Positions 1-11,818 of a DNA stretch of 64,000 nucleotides are shown piece by piece (position 1 is the stretch's first letter; each line of letters begins with the position of its first letter). The position numbers and the translations under genes were made by a program. Source of the stretch: Octopus vulgaris (lineage: Eukaryota); NCBI GenBank assembly GCA_951406725.2, contig OX597822.1:15624001-15688000 (forward strand), in the 5' to 3' direction. The notes beneath the pieces were generated by a model. The model saw nothing but the letters and a program-made list of their open reading frames with translations, did no database searches and was not told where the DNA came from.

Positions 1-561
1 AGAACCTCTTAACGGTTGCTCGTTCTGCTAGAAATAGCAGCGAAATGAAGTGTAAGCGATTTCAAATAATCATTCACTCGGTAATGTACTTACTAATATA
101 GACGAGGTATTGTCGGGGTTTGATAAGTGTGCTCCCCTTGTTTCAAACTTACTTGTGACTAAAACCATTTACAAAAGTTGAACAATATTGTTGGTAATAG
201 CGCTCCAGATACATCGACTGAAGTTTTAAGACAACAATAATTTTGATCTCAGTATATTTTTAACTGAAATTTCAACAGAAGTAAAGACAGCATGCATGAA
301 ATTTACTGAGTCTCCAAGAATAATAATATGAAGTGGCAACGTTATTTCCATAGAGGAGGGCCTGAAATGTCATGGAAATGTCATGGAATCATGAAGATGG
401 AGGTGAAAGTAGCGACAACACAAGGAAGCAGAAATAAAAGAAATAGAATTAAAAAAGCTACGTAAAGATATCACCACCTCTGTTACTGAAATATGATTTG
501 TGTGCTGAGTATTTCGTGGTTTGGTGTATGTATGCTTGTATATATATATATATACACACAC

Positions 562-938
562 ATACTGTAAGGAAAATTATAGTCACCAACTAAACTTGAC
601 TAAGGCTGTGCATATCAACTACATTGGTAGAAATAGGAGCTAAAATATTTCAAAGCACATAAAATATGCTCAGATATGGACTGCAATCGTTCCGACCACC
701 GAACCGAGAATTCCTTAGACTGACCGGCCAGTTTCGGCTCTTTCCGTAGCTATCTTCAGTAAGGCCGGAACTGGCTGGTCAGTCTAAGGAATTCTCGGTT
801 CGGTATTTTGGCCGATTGCAACCCCTGTTTAAGTATACGTTATGTACCTTGCATCATCAATGGAGTATTTTCGCTCCTATTTCTAGCGATACAGGCATTA
901 TTCAAGTTTAGTTGACGACTAATTTTCCTTTACGGTAT
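562..938. repeat. Long imperfect fold-back (inverted duplication) of a Penelope-like terminal module
   Basis: Left arm tactgtaaggaaaattatagtcaccaactaaacttga...accgaaccgagaattccttagactgaccggccagtttcggc is the reverse complement of right arm gccggaactggctggtcagtctaaggaattctcggttcggt...tcaagtttagttgacgactaattttcctttacggta. Inner ~40 bp near-perfect, outer parts diverged; spacer ~739-762. Confidence 0.85.
713..764 (-). ncRNA. Type I hammerhead ribozyme motif
   Basis: Minus strand: CCUUA-CUGAAGA-U-AGCUacggaaagAGCC-GAAA-CUGGCCGGUCAG-UC-UAAGG. Stem I CCUUA/UAAGG 5 bp; near-palindromic stem III ACUGGCCGGUCAGU; GUC cleavage triplet at 720-718; first stem II pair is an A-C mismatch. Confidence 0.8.
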
Positions 939-1104
939 AACGTTGCAAAACAGCTGGTTTTATTAATTCTACATATATTTCGTTTTCGTATTTGCTTTGC
1001 AAGATTCTTTATTGTGTCCGGGGAGAGTCATTCTGTTTTAATGCCTTATTAACACACTCACCGGTTCGATTTTCACGCATACAACATTACCCCAGACAAA
1101 ATTA

Positions 1105-1105
<1 letters not shown>

Positions 1106-1168
<63 letters not shown>

Positions 1169-1188
1169 ACACACACACACACACACAT

Positions 1189-1243
<55 letters not shown>
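1106..1243. repeat. Compound microsatellite (CA)n(TA)n
   Basis: Direct reading; source of spurious ORFs 992-1330, 1038-1274 and 1102-1323. Confidence 0.97.
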
Positions 1244-1244
<1 letters not shown>

Positions 1245-1726
1245 GTAGAGAAAGAGAGACAGAGGTAAATACAATAAACAATTTATTCAGATTGAGGAAG
1301 CTTGCCGTGTTGTACGAAAACATGATATAGGTTACCGAAACAGCATTAAATAAAATTTCAAATCTGCGTCATACAAAATATATCCATACCGTTAGAATAA
1401 ATAATACTGGAATTTTTTGAGAAAAAATCGATCGATAGACAAGTTATGATAACATCACAGTATGTATATATCAGAGCAAGATCATTGTCGGTGCAGTGAC
1501 TGGTTTCCAAATATCTAAGCAGGAATGTTGTTTAAACAGGAGGCAAAAGAGTGCCGGATATTGACAAGCCTCAATAAAATCATAAACGGCAGTCTAGTTC
1601 CAATGCATTTTGTGTTTATGCGGCAAGAAGTCTACGAAGAGGATTTATATCAGATCCACAGCATTACATCGTGTCTTGTAGCATTCTATAAACATTTACT
1701 ATGCTAAATCTCTCTCTCTCTCTCTC

Positions 1727-1762
<36 letters not shown>

Positions 1763-1848
1763 CAACAATTGAGGGTAAAATTAATTAATTATTAATCAAT
1801 TTCACCAAGTATTCAGTATGTAAAGGGACCATTTTAGGCGAATTCAAA

Positions 1849-2144
1849 ATATTACATTATATATAAGGGCTTAGTAAAATAAATTACTTTGCCACATACT
1901 GAACTCATTAGAAATAGCAGCTAAAGAAATTTCTTCAGCTATTTCTAATACTTAAAGAAGATCTCTCTCACATAGTGCTTGCCTAAACCAACTCACAACT
2001 TTGTGAGTTGGTTTAGGCAAACACTATCTGAGAGAGATCTTCTTTAAGTATTAGAAATAGCTGAAGAAATTTCTTTAGCTGCTATTTCTAATGAGTTCAG
2101 TATGTGGCAAAGTAATTTATTTTACTAAGCCCTTATATATAATG

Positions 2145-2150
<6 letters not shown>
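1849..2150. repeat. Near-perfect 302-bp palindrome (150-bp arms, 2-nt spacer)
   Basis: 1849-1998 is the reverse complement of 2001-2150 with 2 mismatches by eye; centre actcacaa-ct-ttgtgagt. The element containing it lies between (TA)n tracts, and the adjoining 1763-1818 recurs at 55899-55950. Confidence 0.95.
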
Positions 2151-2215
<65 letters not shown>

Positions 2216-2642
2216 TATATATATATGCTTTATCTTGGCTACCGAATAATTGTCACATATTACATTTACAGATAAATTCCTCTATTTACATAATATTGAG
2301 GTCTCTTTCTTTCTTTCTTTTCTTATCTTACCATTTTTACCAATATATATATATATATATACACATACACACAAAGGGGGATAGTGAAAGAAAATTAAAA
2401 TGTCCTGTGTACATTTTAGCTGGAGTTCTTAGTAGTTTTTTTTTTAAGATATCGGCACTTCAAGCACGGTGGAGAGGGGTACATATGTATACAATTATAT
2501 CTCCCAAGATATAATTGTATACATATGTACATTATTGTTAATGTAATGTATTAATTACCCATAATTTTTTATAGCGCGCTGACTACTTGATAAAAATCAT
2601 TGAGGTGATTTTTATCCTTATATATATATAAGTGTGTGTGTG

Positions 2643-3386
2643 TTATTCTTATACAAGAATGCTGTTGACATTGATTTCGAAGTTCCGGCCAGTCGCGCCT
2701 TCACCGGATTGCGATACATGACAGCCTTGTCTTTATTCATCTCTGTTGAGTTAAAAATCTTCCTTGAGTGTGTGTGTGGGGGGGGGGTGATTTGGTTTGT
2801 ATGAGCTTTTTGCAGATGATTGTTATTGAAAGGTGTTTTGTGAAAATTTTAATTGATTAAATTTAGCGTTATCTTATTTGGAATATATTTATGCATGTAG
2901 AATTTTGCAAACAAGCCTGGGGATGAATCTCTTTTGGTAGGTATGTACAAGGTATGATAGTATTTTTGTTGGTTTTGGTGTCATTGGATTTGCAAAGATG
3001 AAAGTACAAAGTCCGATGTTTAAGGTCGGGGTTATTAGTTTATGGCTTTGTTAGTATAGGACGTTGTTTCTCTTGTGAGTTGATGATTAGTATGTAGGGG
3101 ATTTTAACCTTCCTATTTTGTGGAAGTAGTTTTCGTTTGGTGTTTGTTGATAAAATTGTTTCAAATCCTGTTCTAGATATGCTGCAGTGGGGCTGGTATA
3201 GAAGGTGTATATATTAGGGTACACGAATGAGAACAAAACTATAATAAAATTCAATATTAAAAGATAAAAAGTCAAGGACAGGGATCTTTCAGTTTTCCTG
3301 TGTACAAATAGGAATTTTATGAATTTGTATGTGGGTTTGGCCGAAACGTCGAAGTCACTATCAACAGCATTCCTGTATAAGAATAA
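2643..3386. mobile_element. Element bounded by 49-bp inverted repeats that carry the 3' half of a hammerhead motif (probably Penelope-like)
   Basis: 2643-2691 vs 3338-3386 inverted, 6 mismatches. Right arm starts ggccGAAAcGTCgaag; left arm continues on the minus strand into a decayed core (aatc-cggtga-aggcgcgactggcc-ggaa-cttc). Confidence 0.6.
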
Positions 3387-3452
3387 TAAATCTATACTTT
3401 CTCACACTTTATCTATCTGTCTGTCTCTCTCCACCCTCTCTCTCTCTCTACC

Positions 3453-3494
<42 letters not shown>

Positions 3495-3570
3495 CATATG
3501 TGTGTGTATACATACCTATATGTATATATATATATATCCACACACACATATATGTGTGTGTATACATACA

Positions 3571-3619
<49 letters not shown>

Positions 3620-3834
3620 ATGTACGTATGTATGCATATATATGAGCATACATGCTACCTGTAGAAACCTAATATGCTGATAAAGTGAAATTGGCAGTCT
3701 TCTTTACATAATGGTAGTTGAAAGTCGATATGTCGACTGAAAATTATCAATTGCAAACTGTCAGAATTGTAATTATCAAGATATATTTCAATATAGAAAT
3801 AGGATGTGAACAAAAGTATAAGAGAAATAGATCG

Positions 3835-3837
<3 letters not shown>

Positions 3838-3904
<67 letters not shown>

Positions 3905-3912
3905 GGAGAGAG
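3838..3912. repeat. (AG)n microsatellite
   Basis: Direct reading. Confidence 0.97.
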
Positions 3913-4282
3913 ATTGGCGAGAGGGAGAGTAACAGTGAGTTATAAGGACGGAACGCTCATCTTAATTTTCGGCCTGACATATCCACATACTGAGTTATAT
4001 ACTTACTGTTTTTTGTTTTTTTTTACTTGCTTGAATATTCTTACTTCTCCCGTTATCTAAACTTCCTTTATATTTTCATGTGTGTGAAAAGTTTACATTG
4101 TTTATATGTATTTTGTACTTTGAAAATAATATTTTTACGAATCTAATCCTATTTAAGTATTAATTTTTAATACACATGAAATATTTTGATAAAACAAAGC
4201 AGTAATTAATGTGTGAATTGAAGCTTAATCAGAGTAAGAAACGAGGAATTCTAGAGAACAGCAAAACGTAATTTTTGGAAAA

Positions 4283-5086
4283 TACATAGTCTAATCAATA
4301 AGTATCTGGACTGTTGCCATAGTAATGTAGCTAAAGCATGCAGAGAGACGCTGTTTGGCATAGATTGACCTTGAACTCTGCAGTGCATGCGCACAAAGTT
4401 TTAACGTTCTAGCTCACTTCCTCTGTATATAGCAGTACTTGGAAATAACGTGTGTAGCGTGTGTTCGACACATTGTCCAGTGCAGATGAAGCTAAGGACA
4501 GAATCTGCGTCAATTCTTGCCAAAAGCTTAACGATGCCTGCTCAAAGGCCTATACAAAGATTTGAAAATTGTTTTATAGTTCTCGACACAATCAAGGAGA
4601 TTTTGTGCAACTGAAACCCGAATGTCTTTTTGGTCGGCTGAAAGAAGTTTTGGCTCAAACTTGGCAGACACCCTCTCATACCCAAATCTTCAGTGATAAT
4701 GGACCCAACTGAATCGTAACTAATCTGCACATCCTCTGATAACTCACGGATTGTAATTCTACGATTTCCGCTCACGGATGCATGCACATCTGCGATGTTG
4801 TTCTCAGTTCTGCTTGTTTCGGGTCTCCTAGAATGTTCGTCAATATCGACATTTTTTCGGCCACATTGGAATCATCTGAACCACTAGTACACTTGTGTGT
4901 GGCCCATACACTCCTCTACATGAACTTTCCGCAACTTTGCGTAGAGCTCTGAACAGGTATCACCATGACAACTTTCTCTGTCACGGTCATTGCCCCGATC
5001 ATACGTTACGCACGTTATTTCGAAGCATGCGTTCTTTAGCTTCGTTACTGTAGCAAGAGTTCGGACACTTATTGTCAGACCTCGTA
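4283..5086. mobile_element. Non-autonomous mariner derivative made of two inward-facing 5' ends
   Basis: TA-flanked TIRs: left tacatagtctaatcaataagtatctggact; right (revcomp) tacgaggtctgacaataagtgtccgaact. Minus strand encodes a decayed transposase N-terminus (DTCSELYAKLRKVHVEECMGHTQVY..NRRITIRELSEDVQISYDSVGSIITEDLGMR); plus strand ~4490-4560 shows the start of the same N-terminus. Confidence 0.8.
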
Positions 5087-5289
5087 TATGACAAGTAATT
5101 GCAATCCAAACACGCGTAAACATTTTTGTGTCTGGAGAAACTCTTCAAAGCCTTTGAATTTAAGCAACTGGACATAACGGATGCTTAAAATGATTTGAAG
5201 GGAAAACGTTCTGCAAACTGACAACAATACACGTAAAAAGAAGCAGAACCAAAATTTTATGAATAAAAACCATTAAAAAAATGAATTGA

Positions 5290-5580
5290 TGGTTTTGTGG
5301 TTAATAAGCTCGCTTTACAACCGCATGGATTCAGGCTCAGCTACACAGCATGACACCTTGGTAAAGTGTATTCTACTATAGCTCTGGGCCAACCAATGAT
5401 TTTGAGTGAATTTGGTTGGCGGAAACGTGTGGAAGACCGTTGGGTATGCATATATTTATGTACATGTATCCTTGTGTCTGCACTTTTCACCCGCCTAACT
5501 AAGTAGTTCGGCAAAAGTGAGCGATAAAGTAGCAGACTTGAGAAACTATGTACTGGCGTCGATTTGTTCGAATAAATCTA
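5290..5580 (+). mobile_element. Degenerate tRNA-derived CORE-like SINE
   Basis: Head tgtggttaataagctcgc..., central gcatgacaccttggtaaagtgtattctactatagc; homologous to the reverse complement of 18985-19410. Confidence 0.7.
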
Positions 5581-6151
5581 TTCATCGTACACATACGGGA
5601 TTGAATTAATGGCAATGCTAGGATATTAAAATGTACATGATGAATATCAAACATATATGTAGTACTAGCATACTTGAATAAAGTAAATAAATATTACAGT
5701 TTAAAGATTGTTTGACGCATGAATCTAAGAATGGCACCGGATCTGTTGCGCAAATACTGACAAAGCTTTTTTTTTTTTAACACAATCTCAGAGAAAGCAG
5801 AAGGAATTGCTTATTCCAAGAATTTTAAAATTTCCAATTGAATAAATTCATTGTCGCAGAAAATAGGTAATCTTCAGTTATTTTGTGCATTTGAAAATAA
5901 TTGAAATATATCGCAAGGGGACAATCACGAGAATAAGAAATGAACAGAATAAAGAACTCACTTAAATATAGTAATTCAAGAGTGCCTTGACCAATTTATG
6001 GAATGTAGATCTTTCACAAGAACGCCGCAATCAAATAATTATCTGATAAAATGCCTGTATTCCAAAACTTGTTTGCATCATTCTTTTATAATAAAACGTT
6101 TCTTATGAGTACAGCAAAGACTATGCAAGGCGCACACATATATCTGTATTG

Positions 6152-6210
<59 letters not shown>

Positions 6211-6563
6211 AGATAGCATATGCTAGCCGATACCTGTAAAGAAACTTTGTAAAGCACGCAGAAAATATGAATACACACACAGACGCATGCGCACATACAC
6301 AAACACATACATATATACGTATGTATGTATACATGTAGTTATGTATATACTTATACAAATTCATACTTGTGTGTGAGTTTATATAAACTCACGAATTTTT
6401 GTGATTTTGTATAGAATAATACATCAGGTGAATAAAGTTTTCAAAAGTCTGGTTTTCAGAAATAGTGACAGAATATTACACTACAGAATTAAAACCTTTT
6501 GCTACGGAACTTTAAAATTATGTGAATACATGCTAAATCTCTCTTCTTACACAGTTAAAAATC

Positions 6564-6644
<81 letters not shown>

Positions 6645-6645
<1 letters not shown>

Positions 6646-6868
6646 TCCTTCCGGTCATTTCAAAATGTAACCACATGTAAAACGTTAGTGATTTTTCCCT
6701 CCGTCTTCATTTTCTATTGATCTTCCTCTGTTTCTAAATAAGTGCTTTGCTTGAAACGTTAAACCAGTTTTCTTTCCTTCCTTGAGCGTCTACTAATGCT
6801 TTACATGTACCACGTCCTCGCGTTGTAGCTTTTTTTGTGTTTGTTCATCTTCTTTTGGGGGATTTACT
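6645..6868 (+). mobile_element. Short Penelope-derived terminal module with decayed minimal hammerhead (6730-6764)
   Basis: Collinear with 27557-27766 (attccttccggtcat...tgagcgtc...ccacgtcctcg); motif gttt-ctaaata-agtgctttgctt-gaaa-cgtt-aaac. Confidence 0.6.
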
Positions 6869-7825
6869 ATATATATAGATGTATGACCATATGTTTATAT
6901 ATATATGTATATATAAATATGTACATATTTATACACACACACACATATGTATATACATATATATATAATTCAACACTCAATACACAGCCGCACATACAGT
7001 TTGTGAAATAGATTGAAAATATATATATATCTCTCCCCCTCTCTCCCGTATATATATATATATGTGTGTGTGTATGTATATGTGTGTATGCATATATATA
7101 TGTGTGTGTATGTGTATGCGTGTATATGTATATGTGTGTGTGTATGTATGTGTATATATATACACACACATACATATATAAAATGAGCATTACTTTTTGA
7201 AGGTCGTGATCATCAATGCTTTTCCGATAGCTTATGTCTTATATTAATTCTAACGTAAGAGTCATTATTCGCAAATAGCTTCAGCCTTGAAGATCGCTTT
7301 TGATACAAAGCAAATTAATACATTGTTAAATTCGACAATATTATCTTAACATTGCATCAAATACCCAATTTAATTATTTCACTTTAAATCACAAATTGTG
7401 TAAAATAAAACATTCGTGATTCGAATTATAAAATATGCCATTGCCTAATGATATTCACTCTGCGTATGGTTGAACATTCTTAGAGAATTGTCAGTTTGTA
7501 GATTTCTTAATGTGTATATTGCAAAATTTGGGGGGCAGCTGCAGCGGTACAGTCGGAAATATGTAGTGACAAACATTCCTATGATCTGAGACGGATATAA
7601 TGCCATATAGGAACATTCTAGTCGTAGACTTAAATATTAGAGAGATCCTAAAGACGGGTAACTTAAAGAAATCTCTTGCCAGCAGCTGGAGAAAAGCTTG
7701 TAAATTACATAAGGGGCTTAGAAGAGCAAGCAGCAAATAAACGTAATTATGAGCCCAGAATGGTAGCCGTTAAGTAGATACTGTTTCAGTATAAGCAATA
7801 CGTTTTAGGTGGAGACTCCCCGCTC

Positions 7826-8030
7826 TTCATCATCATCATCATTTAACGTCCATATTCCATGCTGGCGTATGGTGAGTGGTTGGTCAGACACCGACCAGCT
7901 AGAACGCTGAACCGAGCTCAGACGTTTGCTGAGCATGGTTTATGCCGTTTCATGCTCTCCTTTATTTCAACCACTTCACAGTGTCTGATGGGTCTTTAAT
8001 CCATGGCACCAGCAGTAGTAAGATTACCAA
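7826..8030 (-). mobile_element. RTE-type 3' tail fragment (SINE or LINE end)
   Basis: Reverse complement ends gcatggaatatggacgttaaatgatgatgatg, matching the RTE tail at 51270-51310. Confidence 0.6.
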
Positions 8031-8901
8031 GTATTCCTAAAACACGACCACTCATTTGAAAGAGGTATACTATTAAAGGATGCAAAATTATCATCGTGGG
8101 AGAGGAGCAAAGGTTTACGAACATGCAAGAAATAAATTTTTATCAGCCGATATTTGGTTGAGTGAGAGATAATGAAATAATTTCGGTATAAATCTGACTC
8201 TGGCTTATTTACAAATAGATTTATAGATCCCTGCAAAATGGCAACCATCAAATGTCACTTAGTGGAAGGTTAGAGGTAAATTCATATCTCATATATTGAA
8301 TGTGACATAATCAAGTCTGTTGTATCTGAGACCGGACCAAATGAAAACGAATGCAGTGGAGTGGGATGCGAGAGCCCACTTCACCAATCTTGCTTCTATG
8401 TTTCTAATTCTTCCTAGGAATAAAAAAGTTCTTTCATGTTTGTTGATATATTTCTGCAACGGAAGAATGAGAGAGTAATAGAGAGAGAGAGAGATAGTAT
8501 TTTAATATTTTTAAAACATTTAATAACGCCCTTCAGTCACTCCATTAAAATATTTAATACAGCAATATCAACACAATACAACTTCATGTCTGTATTTCTC
8601 AGGGATTCGATGGCAAATTCATCTCATGTTAAAATACCATGTTACATCCGCATGGCCGCACGGGAAAGCTTCGAAGAAGTCCTACTTGAATGAGTAACAA
8701 TAATAAAATCATTTCCACTCGTGGTTCCTGTTTCGAGATCAGGTCAAGCAAGAGGCAACAAGTGTCAATAAGCAGTTGGACACTAACAATGCATCGGACA
8801 CACTAACCATGCTCAGCTGCATTGGAAACGACAATGGCAATCTGTGATGCATACACAGAAATACACACGTACAGATAAGTACGTTAATAAAGAATAATAC
8901 A

Positions 8902-9485
8902 AAGGCGTCGAGTTGGAAAAAACGTTAGCACGCCGGGCGAAATGCGTAGCTGTATTTCGTCTGCCGTTACGTTCTGAGTTCAAATTCCGCCGAGGTCGAC
9001 TTTGCCTTTCATCCTTTCGGGTTCGATTAAATAAGTACCAGTTACGCACTAGGGTCGATATAATTGACTTACTCCGTTTGACTGTCCTTGTCTGTCCTCT
9101 CTGTGTTTAGCCACTTGTGGGTAGTAAAGAAATAGGTATTTCGTATATCTTTACGTTCTGAGTTCAAATTCCGCCGAGGTCGACTTTGCTTTCATCCTTT
9201 CGGGTTCGATTAAATAAGTACCAGTTACGCACTAGGGTCGATATAATTGACTTACTCCGTTTGACTGTCCTTGTCTGTCCTCTCTGTGTTTAGCCACTTG
9301 TGGGTAGTAAAGAAATAGGTATTTCGTATATCTTTACGTTCTGAGTTCAAATTCCGCCGAGGTCGACTTTGCTTTCATCCTTTCAGCTCGATAAATCAAG
9401 TACCAGTTGCGTACTGGGTTCGTATAATAGACTGGCCCCATCCCCCAAAATTTCGGACCTTGTGCCAAAAGTAGAAAAGAATAAA
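8902..9485 (+). mobile_element. tRNA-derived SINE (Meta/MESC-like central domain), internally triplicated
   Basis: Head aaggcgtcgagttggaaaaaacgttagc, B-box-like gttcaaattcc, domain gactttgcctttcatcctttcggggtcgat; unit restarts at 8967, 9151 and 9334 (period 184/183). Domain naming is from recall. Confidence 0.85.
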
Positions 9486-9537
9486 GAATAATACAGGCAT
9501 AAATACATACATAAATATGTTTTTGATATATACACAT

Positions 9538-9670
9538 ATAGGCCTGTTGTGAATCTGTAGTATGAAGTTTGCTTCCAAATCACAGGATTCCGTGTTCAGT
9601 TCCACTGCATGGCACCGTGGGTAACTGTCCCCTCCTATAGTCACGGGACGGCCAATGCCTTGGGAGTTTA
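9538..9670 (+). mobile_element. CORE-like SINE 5' fragment
   Basis: gttcagttccactgcatggcaccgtgggtaactgtcccctcctatag matches the family head/core. Confidence 0.65.
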
Positions 9671-9762
9671 TTTAGTTTTTATTGAAAGTTTTATTTAGTA
9701 TTTATTGAAAGAAGTTCGTGTATAAATCTGTGTGAATGTGTGCGTGTATATATATATATATG

Positions 9763-9807
<45 letters not shown>

Positions 9808-9820
9808 GTATGCATGTATA

Positions 9821-9894
<74 letters not shown>

Positions 9895-10689
9895 TTGTGT
9901 GTGTGTGTATGTGTGTGTGTATAATATATAGATATAGATACAAATCCTAAATCTGGGACAAAAAAGGCAACATACGACAATAAAACATCCGGACAGATTG
10001 ACCATACAAAAATGGACAGAAAAACAACTAAGAAAAACGATGGACTGAAAAACAACGACGGGTCATACGCAGCCTTCTCTCATCAGTGAGGTTTCCAGAT
10101 CATCCTTACAGTTTCAGCCCGTTACACTTGAGACTGTTTAAATGTGGCTGACTCCAAAAATCTAAGCTAAGAGCGTTAAATGTTGGGGGAGAAAGCAAGC
10201 ATTTGTGTACGGCTACAGAGACAAAAAAAAAAACAGAGACAGTGTTACACAACTACAAATGCAAACGAGAAAATAACAACAAGTGTCTTTCGACCTATAA
10301 AGACGAATCAAGTTGAGCTGGCGTGTTTAGAGTGAAAGCCTTGAGGCAGGAACAAAGGAGATGATCGTAAAAGATGAAAGTGGTGAGACAGGGAATATAA
10401 GAGATGATTCGCAGACGGCAGTCGAGCCAAGAAAGACAGACCATGCAGAACATCGATCACGTGGAGCGAAGGGAGATAGGGAGGGGGCAGAGGGATTGAA
10501 GAATTAAGGGAAGAAAGAGAAAGAGGAAATCAAAAGGACAGAGAGAAATGTACAAGGGAGATAAACGAGGAGGAAAAGTAGGGAGATTAATGAAAGAGAA
10601 AGCCCAGAAATGTGAGAGGGGGAGAGAAGGAAAAGAGGAAAAGAGGAAAGAAAGTATTAGGGGGGTGTTTGTATGTATGAGTATGTATA

Positions 10690-10925
10690 TTTCTGTGTGT
10701 GTTTGTGTGTGTGTGTGTTTTCGTGTCTGTGTGTCTCTCTCATCTACACAAAGTAACCAGTGTTGGTACATTTACGTCCTAGAAACTTAGCAGTTCGGCG
10801 AAAGAGACCGATAGATTAAGTACCAGGCTTACAAAAGCGCTGGGGCGATTCGCTTGACTAAAATTTCTTTTTTAAGACGTTACCCCAGTATGGCCGCAGT
10901 CTGAAGACTGAAACAAATAAAAGAT
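10690..10925 (+). mobile_element. CORE-like SINE 3' half
   Basis: tttacgtcctagaaacttagcagttcggcgaaagagaccgatagattaagtaccaggcttac...ccagtatggccgcagtc..gactgaaacaaataaaag, the reverse complement of the tails at 18985-19180 and 40390-40600. Confidence 0.75.
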
Positions 10926-10966
10926 ATTAGATATACGTATACAAATGCATACATATATACATACGT

Positions 10967-11009
<43 letters not shown>

Positions 11010-11339
11010 TGAGTCTCTGCATCACAGCGATTCAGAGGAGAGCAATAATAGAGCAATAATATTGTGAGGAGGGGGAGGGGGAGGCTGCATTAAAGCCATT
11101 AAAAAGTGGGATGGTTCTATAAGTGTGGTGATTTGATCAAATCAAACTTAAATATGATAGCGGAAGAACGTTTCCTCGAAATTATGGAAAGCGAGATATA
11201 ATACTTCCAGTGGCATATTTGAAACGCATTGTCTAAGCTGACTCCGAAACATATATATAGAACTGTAATGCCACTTCATATAATTAAACGAATTGTTCAT
11301 GCACATGCACACGCGAACACATCTTTGTATGTATACGTG

Positions 11340-11407
11340 TGTGTATGTATGTATGTATCTATGTATGTATGTATGTATGTATGTATGTATGTATGTGTGT
11401 ATGTATG

Positions 11408-11457
<50 letters not shown>
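11340..11457. repeat. (TATG)n(TA)n microsatellite
   Basis: Direct reading. Confidence 0.95.
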
Positions 11458-11459
<2 letters not shown>

Positions 11460-11778
11460 TATGTAGTGTGTGTATGTACTGTGTGTATAAATGTATGCGT
11501 TTGTGTGTGCTGAAGACTGCAACACTTTCATGAAATAATCTAGATTTAGATCGTATGAACTTGCGTTGATTTTATCGTATTTTTATCAAAACTAACTCCA
11601 GCACAATGCGAATATTCGAATCTGAATTGTCATTTTGATAGAAATATATAATATGGTAACAATTCCTATGGATTTTCCCATAAATCTCATACACTCACAC
11701 ATGTATCTCTATACATACACACACACACGCACACATATCTACATAAATATATGCCTTTGCATGCATATATATATATAA

Positions 11779-11818
<40 letters not shown>

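Noticed and set aside
27-39. gctagaaatagca is identical to part of the SpCas9 sgRNA scaffold
   Set aside because: Only 13 nt; flanks do not match the scaffold; the same motif recurs in local repeats; no CRISPR array or cas gene.
2052-2091. ctgaaga inside the hairpin tagaaatag...ctatttcta
   Set aside because: Lacks stem II-GAAA-stem III; it is a simple hairpin.
7490-7740. Possible RTE C-terminal remnant on the plus strand
   Set aside because: Similarity too weak to support by eye.
10070-10125. Minus-strand gaaactgta...ctgatga resembling a type II hammerhead
   Set aside because: Stems I and II do not pair adjacent to the core boxes.
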